NCBI GenBank assembly: GCA_013331805.1
Contig: DUFS01000038.1
Location: 6,313-46,802, forward strand
Source: Candidatus Micrarchaeota archaeon
GTDB lineage: Archaea > Micrarchaeota > Micrarchaeia > Anstonellales > Anstonellaceae
Direction: 5' to 3'
DNA: 40,490 nucleotides
Under the pieces are notes generated by a model, which was given only the letters and a program-made list of their open reading frames with translations, was not told the origin of the DNA and ran no database searches. Below, piece by piece: positions 34,905-40,490 of the stretch (positions within the stretch are counted from its first letter, which is position 1; every line of letters starts with the position of its first letter). The position numbers and the translations under genes are program-made.

Positions 34905-35456
34905 TCACGAGAATATCTCCCTCAGGTCCTTCATCCGTTCGTGTATTGACTTCTTCTCTTTCAGCCTGTCGAACATCATGGTCTGGCCTGCGTAAAGGAG
35001 GAGCTCGCGCTTGTCCGTGCCTGTCATCTCAGAGGCAGAGCCAAGCGAAATTCCCTGCGCGTAAAGCGTGGAGGCGATCTTGAGCTTGCCCTTGGAGATA
35101 ATGCCCTTCACAAAGCGCCGGTCTGCGTCGTCCATCTTCTCTATGGCCAATAGTATCTTGTTCTGGGAGGCGAGCAGACTCTCGTAATCCGCCTGCTTGG
35201 AAAACGACTCGCAGGAACGGAGGAGCTGCACCACTTTGGCAAGGCTCTCCGCAGCTTTTTTCTGCGTGTAGTAGCGGGGCTTACTTATGACCTTGGAAAG
35301 CACGTAGGAGATGAGCGCGTAAAGGTAGGTGTGCTGGCCGAACTTCACCGCTGTCTCGTCGATGCAGCGGTCGTTTATTTTCCTCATGGCGTGCACGTCG
35401 CGATCGCGGAGGGCGGAGGCTATGAGAAGTGCGGTTTCAGAGAGGGAGAGTGCCAT
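34905..35456 (-). CDS. hypothetical helical protein
   Basis: The ORF track starts at TTG 35471; the first ATG is at 35456 (MALSLSE). It is all-helical by composition. No family recognised. Confidence 0.4.
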   Translation of the reverse strand: MALSLSETALLIASALRDRDVHAMRKINDRCIDETAVKFGQHTYLYALISYVLSKVISKPRYYTQKKAAESLAKVVQLLRSCESFSKQADYESLLASQNKILLAIEKMDDADRRFVKGIISKGKLKIASTLYAQGISLGSASEMTGTDKRELLLYAGQTMMFDRLKEKKSIHERMKDLREIFS

Positions 35457-35500
35457 GGCATTGAAACTCAAGAAAAGCTTATCAGGCTAAGCGGTAGGTG

Positions 35501-35540
35501 AGAAACATAATATTTAATAATGTTTCATAATAAAACATAA
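35501..35540. promoter_or_regulatory. palindrome and direct repeat in the divergent promoter upstream of the relB-like gene (putative antitoxin operator)
   Basis: GAAACAT (35501-35507) and ATGTTTC (35519-35525) form an inverted repeat around AATATTTAATA. AAACATAAT occurs twice (35502-35510 and 35532-35540). The element ends 12 nt before the antitoxin ATG. Confidence 0.45.
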
Positions 35541-35551
35541 TTGGTGAGAGA

Positions 35552-35785
35552 ATGACTTCGGCTATAGTTAACCTTACTGAAGAAAACAACCGCATCCTGA
35601 ACATAATCAAGGCGCATTTTGACCTGAGAAGCAAGTCTGAGGCAATTAACTTTGTGCTGGAGAGATATGCAAGGGATGAAGAGCTTCAGGTTAGGCCAGA
35701 GTATATCAAAAAACTCAGTAGGATCATGGCAACCAAGGGAAAAACCTATGGCTCTGTTGGAGAAATGATGGCGGAGTATGATTGA
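35552..35785 (+). CDS. putative RelB/CopG-like (ribbon-helix-helix) antitoxin
   Basis: 77 aa. The N-terminal VNLTEENNRILNIIKAHFDLRSKSEAINFVLERY fits a beta-strand plus two-helix RHH pattern. It overlaps the downstream RelE-like gene by 8 nt. Confidence 0.6.
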   Translation: MTSAIVNLTEENNRILNIIKAHFDLRSKSEAINFVLERYARDEELQVRPEYIKKLSRIMATKGKTYGSVGEMMAEYD

Positions 35786-36050
35786 CATGTACCTGCCTGA
35801 AGACACGCCGAATTTCAAGCAGAAGGCGAAGAAACTGAAAAAGAAGGACAAGCCGAGATTTGAGCGCCTTATGAAGAAAATAAATGAAATTCTGGAAGAG
35901 CCGAATCACTATGAACCGCTGAGCAACAAAATGTCCGGAGTAAGGCGCGCCCACCTTGACCCTTTTGTGCTTACTTTTTCTGTTGATGAGAATAGACGGG
36001 TGGTGCGATTCCTTGATTTTGACCACCACGACAAGATCTACAAGAACTAG
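35778..36050 (+). CDS. relE: RelE/ParE-family toxin
   Basis: 90 aa. It has a basic N-terminus, then PLSNKMSGVRRAHLDPFVLTFSVDENRRVVRFLDFDHHDKIY, collinear with archaeal RelE (L.G...R.R.G.YR..Y.......V......H.). Confidence 0.75.
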   Translation: MIDMYLPEDTPNFKQKAKKLKKKDKPRFERLMKKINEILEEPNHYEPLSNKMSGVRRAHLDPFVLTFSVDENRRVVRFLDFDHHDKIYKN

Positions 36051-36215
36051 CCGGTTCTTCTTACACCTGATTTTTGTTTTAAGTAGACAATAAACATGTC
36101 AAAAATGCATCGAGGGCCCACGCCTGAGAAACTTAAGGGTTTATATATATTATCATGATAACGTCATGACAATGAGCTGGCATTGGCATGACACCATCAC
36201 CAGCGCCGTGGGAAA

Positions 36216-36701
36216 ATGAAAGGCGAGGAAAAATATAAAGGTATTGGCGAGGGCAGCGGCAAGGCAGCCATAGAGGAGCTGAAAAACGAGATACTCTCCC
36301 CGCTTGAAAACGACATACAGAAGCTGCGCGACCCCATGGTGCTTGCGGCGCTCATGCACACGGCCGCAACCGAGCGGGAGAACACCAACAGGCTGCTCAA
36401 AACGCTCATAGAGAGGCTGGACTCCAAGTTCGCGGAAGTGGAACAGAGGATTTCCGCCCTCGAGAAGCCGGTTTCGCCATCGCCGCCCGAGGAGGACGAA
36501 GTTCTCCTGCCTTCGGTTGACGAGGAGATTGTCAGGTTCGTGAAGGAAAAGAGGCACGCGAGTGCCGAAGAGGTAAGGAAAAAATTCGGATACAAGGGGA
36601 AAAACGCTGCGTCCGCGCGGCTGAACCACCTGTTCGAGCTTGGGCTTCTGTCCAAGAGGCAGGTAGGGCGCGCGGTACTGTTCAGCGTGAAGCAAATATG
36701 A
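36216..36701 (+). CDS. hypothetical protein with C-terminal winged-helix DNA-binding domain
   Basis: 161 aa. A coiled-coil N-terminal half is joined by an acidic/proline linker to EEIVRFVKEKRHASAEEVRKKFGYKGKNAASARLNHLFELGLLSKRQVGRAVLF, which is typical of MarR/TrmB-like wHTH domains. The opposite-strand ORF has junk-like composition. Confidence 0.55.
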   Translation: MKGEEKYKGIGEGSGKAAIEELKNEILSPLENDIQKLRDPMVLAALMHTAATERENTNRLLKTLIERLDSKFAEVEQRISALEKPVSPSPPEEDEVLLPSVDEEIVRFVKEKRHASAEEVRKKFGYKGKNAASARLNHLFELGLLSKRQVGRAVLFSVKQI

Positions 36702-36768
36702 CAACATCACGCTTGCTGGCGATTGGCAATGGCTGATCGCCAATAATTGCAAGGCGACCAAAAATAAA

Positions 36769-36912
36769 TGACACTTTTGGGGAAAACGGGGGCGCCATAA
36801 TTCACCTCCCACACCCTACTTTTCTTGCGCCCCCCTTCCCCAAAACAAGTGTCCGCAGAGACTTGTTTGTAGTGGGGCGAGCTAGGCGAGCACCACCCGC
36901 AAAACAAGTGTC
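36769..36912. repeat. cluster of four copies (two direct, two inverted) of a roughly 13-nt motif CAAAACAAGTGTC, including a 27-nt imperfect inverted repeat
   Basis: GACACTTTTGGGGAAAACGGGGGCGCC (36769-36795) is the near reverse complement of GCGCCCCCCTTCCCCAAAACAAGTGTC (36826-36852). A degenerate inverted copy GACTTGTTTG lies at 36859-36868, and a further direct copy CAAAACAAGTGTC at 36899-36912. The cluster lies between the wHTH gene and hicB. Confidence 0.6.
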
Positions 36913-36969
36913 CTGCTTCTTTCGTGAGTTTTCGGATGAGAGGAAAGGCTTAAAACCGCTGAGTGGCAA

Positions 36970-37194
36970 ATGACAGCCATGGCTTCATTCACCGCGATAA
37001 TACAAAAGGAAGAGGACATGTACGTTGCCCGCTGCGCCGAGGTCGGCACAGTCAGCCAGGGCAAGACAAAAGCAGAGGCCCTCAAAAACCTGAAAGAGGC
37101 GACCGAGCTTTATATTGAGGAGTTCCCTGCCAAGCTTTTGTCCAAGCCCCTCCTTGCTACTTTTGAGGTTGCAGGACATGCCAGCCCAGCTTAA
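36970..37194 (+). CDS. hicB: HicB-family antitoxin (UPF0150-type, no appended DNA-binding domain)
   Basis: 74 aa. FTAIIQKEEDMYVARCAEVGTVSQGKTKAEALKNLKEATELYIEE matches the HicB N-terminal fold pattern. It overlaps the hicA start by 17 nt. Confidence 0.7.
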   Translation: MTAMASFTAIIQKEEDMYVARCAEVGTVSQGKTKAEALKNLKEATELYIEEFPAKLLSKPLLATFEVAGHASPA

Positions 37195-37411
37195 AAAAAT
37201 CTCAGGCAAAGAGTGCGTCAAGATACTGTGCAACAAATTCGGCTTTGCCGCAAAAAGGCAGAAGGGCAGCCACGTCTTCCTGATCCGCGAAACATCTGAA
37301 GGGCGGGATGCGGGCGTCGTCCCATTGCACAGCGAGCTGAAAATTGGAACGCTTAAAGGAATTCTCGAGCTTGCCCATGTGAAGGAAGAGGATTTTGCGG
37401 CTTTCCAGTGA
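37178..37411 (+). CDS. hicA: HicA-family mRNA interferase toxin
   Basis: The start is placed at MPAQLKKISGKECVKILCNKFGFAAKRQKGSHVFL (ATG 37178). K.L...GF...RQ.GSH, followed by PLHSELKIGTLKGIL, is the YcfA/HicA signature. Confidence 0.8.
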   Translation: MPAQLKKISGKECVKILCNKFGFAAKRQKGSHVFLIRETSEGRDAGVVPLHSELKIGTLKGILELAHVKEEDFAAFQ

Positions 37412-37491
37412 GCTTCCTTCCATAAAATCAGCGTCCCCCTTTTCAGCTGACGAAAACCTGCAATTAAAAACATTACCCGCGAATTTTGTGC

Positions 37492-38412
37492 ATGGACGGC
37501 CAGCAGGAACGGACAGTCATCATCTCCAGCCGCGAGCTTGTGGACCACGCGGTGCTCACCAGGAAGAAAAACGAGCTTGCCTTCAAGCGCGACTTTTTGC
37601 TTCGGACAGGGGCCAAGCCGGACGATTTCCACGTGAAGGCGCTTTCGGACGAGCTCTTATCGGTCGAATCCAAGCTTGGCCCGATTGCGGAGAAGCTCTC
37701 TGTTGCGGACATGATTACCGTTTTGCCGAAAAGGAAGGAGATTTCCGAGTTTACCGAAAAGATCAACAAGTACGGCAGGATCGAGCTTGATGCAGCGGTG
37801 AAGAACAAGTCAGGCGAGGCATACGACCTGATGAAAAGGCGCGCAGTGCTTGTAAAGGAGAATTTCGAGCGCAAGGATGACATTGCAAGGATGACGGTTT
37901 TCCTGAACACCATCCCGCGCAAGGAGGGCGAGGGGCTGCTTGCCCTGATCGAGGAGGGGCAGGGGAACGATGTGGACGTCTCATTTTTGCCAAAGGAGAA
38001 GCAGCAGGATCTGGTCAATTTGGCTGCCAGGCTGGGAAGGCTCTGCTGCGTGTACGCAGGCTCATTTTCGCTGGATAAAAAAAAAGCTGACCACGCCGAG
38101 CTGAAGTCCCATGACGAGGTGCTCAGGACCATCCTTGGGGGCAGGCAGCTTTGGGTTCCAGCGAACAGGCTGCAGGAATTCGATGCCAACGAAAAAACCC
38201 TATCAGAGCTACTTGCGAAAATCCAGGCAAAGGGCGCGGAAAAGCAGGCAAGGAAACTGTCTGACGAGGAGTCGGTTTATTTTGACAAGCTGCAGGGTGA
38301 TTACCTCGCTGCGGTTTCCAAGAGGTCCGAGTTCGCAAAGGGGATGGAGCTGAACGAAACTGCCAAGGTGTACAGGAAGGAAAGCTGGAAGAAGCTGGAC
38401 GACGATTACTGA
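37492..38412 (+). CDS. hypothetical helical protein
   Basis: About 306 aa from ATG 37492; the ORF track uses TTG 37486. A TATA-like AATTAAAAACATT (37461-37473) lies about 20-30 nt upstream, suggesting a leaderless mRNA. No family recognised. The opposite-strand ORF is Ser-rich junk. Confidence 0.45.
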   Translation: MDGQQERTVIISSRELVDHAVLTRKKNELAFKRDFLLRTGAKPDDFHVKALSDELLSVESKLGPIAEKLSVADMITVLPKRKEISEFTEKINKYGRIELDAAVKNKSGEAYDLMKRRAVLVKENFERKDDIARMTVFLNTIPRKEGEGLLALIEEGQGNDVDVSFLPKEKQQDLVNLAARLGRLCCVYAGSFSLDKKKADHAELKSHDEVLRTILGGRQLWVPANRLQEFDANEKTLSELLAKIQAKGAEKQARKLSDEESVYFDKLQGDYLAAVSKRSEFAKGMELNETAKVYRKESWKKLDDDY

Positions 38413-39305
38413 TTCATCCTAGCAAAATCAGAAAGCCTGTTGAAGCAGCCATTGGAATCGTTCCAGACCAGTGGCAGCGAACCCGCGTTCACCCCGAATT
38501 CCTCCTTCATGTAGGCTACGAAATCTGCAACTTTTTTGGGGCCGAGCTTGTTGAGGAGCTTCTCCATGCCTCCAGAGCCGTGATTGAGCGCGCCTAGGAT
38601 GGAGGAGTAGGTTCCAGGCCCGGCCGAGGCGTCCACCAGCCTGGCCATGTCCGAAAGGTCGCTTTTGTCGTACATTGAAAGAAACTTGAAGGGGTCGCTC
38701 TTGTTGGTCAGGAAGGCTGCCAGCCCGATGAAAGCCTGCTCCAGCGTGCAGTCCGCAGGCTCGCCCCCTTTGGACACCATGCGGCTGAAGAGAAGGTCGA
38801 CTGATTGCGGGCTGAAGATCCTCCATGCCTGCGGATCTTCCCCGGACACCTGGCCGGCCTGGGGCCTCATGCCAAGGTAGATGTATGCCATGACTTCCTT
38901 GATCTCCTTCGGGCTTGGCTCTTTCGAGAAGAACAGCAGGATGCCGCTGCTGCTGCCTGCTATCGTCGCCTCGCCGCCGCCCCTGAGGGGATAGATGGGC
39001 ACCTCGGCCCATGCCCCTATTGTCCTTTCGTAGCTTTCCCTGCCTTCAGTCCACTGCACGATGACCTTTACCGGCTCCACCTTGGAGCCTATTTTTTTCC
39101 CGAACAGCCTCTCTGCGTTCGCCCATCCTTCCTTCACCCACCGGTCCATCTGCCAGATGCTGTCTGCCGGAACCGTCAGACGCTTCTCTTGTATTGTTTC
39201 CTTTAAGAGCATCTTTGCGCTGCTCTTAGGCGGGAATATGACCAGCCCGGCAGTCAGCAGGACTGCCGCGGAGATTGCAGCCACTGTTGATTTTTTCAAG
39301 TCCAT
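38406..39305 (-). CDS. hypothetical N-terminally membrane-anchored/secreted protein
   Basis: The start is set at ATG 39305 (MDLKKSTVAAISAAVLLTAGLVIFPP, a signal-anchor helix). It lies 8 nt downstream of the preceding gene's stop, so the two are probably co-transcribed. No family or catalytic motif recognised. Confidence 0.45.
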   Translation of the reverse strand: MDLKKSTVAAISAAVLLTAGLVIFPPKSSAKMLLKETIQEKRLTVPADSIWQMDRWVKEGWANAERLFGKKIGSKVEPVKVIVQWTEGRESYERTIGAWAEVPIYPLRGGGEATIAGSSSGILLFFSKEPSPKEIKEVMAYIYLGMRPQAGQVSGEDPQAWRIFSPQSVDLLFSRMVSKGGEPADCTLEQAFIGLAAFLTNKSDPFKFLSMYDKSDLSDMARLVDASAGPGTYSSILGALNHGSGGMEKLLNKLGPKKVADFVAYMKEEFGVNAGSLPLVWNDSNGCFNRLSDFARMNQ

Positions 39306-39313
39306 CACCAAGG

Positions 39314-40225
39314 CTATTTCCCTGTAAACGATTCAGGCTCTGCCCCTTCCACCTTTATCGGCCCGAAGTGCAAATTGTATTTTCTCTCCTTCATGCTGAT
39401 TTCGTGATCCACTTTGACCTTGAAGTGCTCGGCATAGTGAGAGTTGCCCCAGCGCACAATCTCCATATATTTATCTGACTTCAGTTTGCCATTCTTGTCC
39501 ACCGTGCCGCCCATGTTCCTGAAAAAGTCGTCCAGCGTGTCCATGCGTATCAGATTTCCACTCCTATGGGAAACTTTCAGCTCGCCATTGTCAAAGACTA
39601 TCGTGCCCCAGTGGTTCTTGCCAGTGTTGTTCGGCGAGAGGCTGACCATTATGATGTCGCTAACCTGAAGGTGCAATGTGCCGACGTTACTTAGATCTAT
39701 CTTCTCCCGCTTGGCTTCCACCCCGAAGATCGGCATGAAGGAATTCTCGATTTCGGACACGCCTGAGAGGTCAAGCTTCCTTCTCCTGCTTTCGACAGCA
39801 TAAAGCCTGTAGAGATCTTTGACCCATGTGAAGCAGTCCTCGTTCTCGGTATAACCACCATACATTTCTATGGTGTAATTTTTGTTGGCTTCCCGCTGCT
39901 GGCTGTAGCTTACCGGCCCGTACTTCCCGTCCGCGGGCGCATAGCCGACGTTGGCATCCGAGATTGCGCGCACTGACACGAGATAGGGCAGGAGGAACCG
40001 GATTGCCGCGCGGTAGAACTTCCCGTCCACCTTGTCCCTCACCTTCGCAAGCTCGTCGCAATACCTGGCAAGGTCTTCGTAGGTTGGCGGGAGCATTTGC
40101 AGCTGCAAAAGGCTCTCCCGCGGATTATTCGGATCTATTTTGATTGGGATGTACATGAAGTGGTTGTGCGCGGACTGGGGCTGCTGCTTCGGTTTGTCAC
40201 CCTGCGGGAATTCCTGAAGCTGCAT
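39314..40225 (-). CDS. hypothetical protein
   Basis: The ORF track starts at TTG 40297; the first ATG is at 40225 (MQLQEFPQGDK). It has a Gln/Pro-rich N-terminus and a mixed alpha/beta body. No family recognised. Confidence 0.45.
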   Translation of the reverse strand: MQLQEFPQGDKPKQQPQSAHNHFMYIPIKIDPNNPRESLLQLQMLPPTYEDLARYCDELAKVRDKVDGKFYRAAIRFLLPYLVSVRAISDANVGYAPADGKYGPVSYSQQREANKNYTIEMYGGYTENEDCFTWVKDLYRLYAVESRRRKLDLSGVSEIENSFMPIFGVEAKREKIDLSNVGTLHLQVSDIIMVSLSPNNTGKNHWGTIVFDNGELKVSHRSGNLIRMDTLDDFFRNMGGTVDKNGKLKSDKYMEIVRWGNSHYAEHFKVKVDHEISMKERKYNLHFGPIKVEGAEPESFTGK

Positions 40226-40300
40226 ATCGCGCACCCTGGCGGGATTATTCTGCCAAGGACAATATAAAATACTTGGCGAAATCCTGGCTCTCGGCAAGCC

Positions 40301-40308
40301 TTTTTAAT
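40301..40308 (+). promoter_or_regulatory. TATA-like box upstream of the tRNA
   Basis: TTTTTAAT lies about 27-34 nt upstream of the first tRNA nucleotide (40335). Confidence 0.4.
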
Positions 40309-40334
40309 GCTCACGGATAGAAAATTCCAGCCAG

Positions 40335-40475
40335 GGGCCGGTATTGGCAGTTGAGTTATCAGCTGTTAACGGAAGCTTAGCCTGGTTGGAGCGTTCGACT
40401 GATAGATTGCCTGCGGGTGAGCCTGCAGGCAGTTTTGACATCGAAAGGTCGAGAGTTCAAATCTCTTCCGGCCCA
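40335..40475 (+). tRNA. tRNA-Ile (anticodon GAU) interrupted by two introns
   Basis: The exon pieces assemble into a canonical cloverleaf:
- acceptor GGGCCGG (40335-40341) with CCGGCCC (40468-40474);
- T8-A9 (40342-40343);
- D arm GCTT-AGCCTGGTTG-GAGC (40375-40392);
- anticodon stem TTCGA (40394-40398) with TCGAA (40441-40445);
- loop C-T-GAT-A...A with the anticodon at 40401-40403;
- variable loop AGGTC;
- T arm GAGAG-TTCAAAT-CTCTT (40451-40467);
- discriminator A40475, followed by a T-run.
No CCA is encoded. Folding requires removal of about 31 nt (about 40344-40374) and 35 nt (40405-40439). Confidence 0.75.
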
Positions 40476-40490
40476 TTTTTTCTCAAAGTC

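Noticed and set aside
36153-36812. A 219-aa minus-strand ORF opposite the wHTH gene, plus 36985-37632 opposite hicBA and 37473-38189 opposite the 306-aa gene.
   Set aside because: The compositions are junk-like (Leu/Arg/Pro/His-rich or Ser-rich). The plus-strand partners have recognisable wHTH, HicB and HicA signatures or far more protein-like sequences.
35480-40334. An integrated element targeting the tRNA-Ile gene.
   Set aside because: The accessory genes lie upstream of the tRNA 5' end rather than at its 3' end. No integrase and no duplicated tRNA fragment are visible in the window, which ends 15 nt after the tRNA, so the downstream side cannot be inspected.

Overview
This is a compact, GC-rich and almost certainly archaeal chromosomal segment. 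The evidence for archaeal origin is AT-rich TATA-like boxes about 25 nt upstream of starts, an archaeal-type UMP kinase, a class III signal-peptide pilin-like gene, a short XPF nuclease, and a tRNA that only folds after intron removal. The core is a roughly 15 kb same-strand aromatic amino-acid block, tightly packed with many ATGA/GTGA start-stop overlaps. It runs trpE-G-D-C-B-A (no trpF), then a hairpin plus T-tract spacer, then DAHP synthase-aroB-aroD-aroE::aroK fusion-aroA-aroC-pheA-tyrA-aminotransferase. Upstream lie a P-loop kinase::dCMP deaminase fusion, a single-polypeptide Type IIG-like restriction-modification enzyme with a compositionally foreign specificity region, pyrH, a translin-like gene, a nitroreductase and a divergent ACT-domain regulator. 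Downstream lie a divergent lrp/glnA pair, a secreted ComEC-like MBL protein with a degenerate metal motif, and smc. Next comes a minus-strand run: pilin-like gene, small protein, short beta-CASP-like MBL nuclease, two unknowns, short XPF, a PIN-like gene and one more unknown. The 3' end is an AT-richer accessory patch holding relBE-like and hicBA toxin-antitoxin pairs, a wHTH gene, a cluster of a 13-nt motif and three unassignable genes, ending at a two-intron tRNA-Ile(GAU). No CRISPR array, rRNA, transposase or integrase was seen. The observations most worth follow-up are listed here:
- the doubly interrupted tRNA;
- the triplicated signal-peptide module with hairpins in the pilin-like gene;
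- the mosaic restriction-modification enzyme;
- the bacterial-type shikimate kinase fused to AroE;
- the uncharacterised gene trio beside the toxin-antitoxin modules.
All family assignments rest on motif recognition by eye and need HMM or BLAST confirmation.
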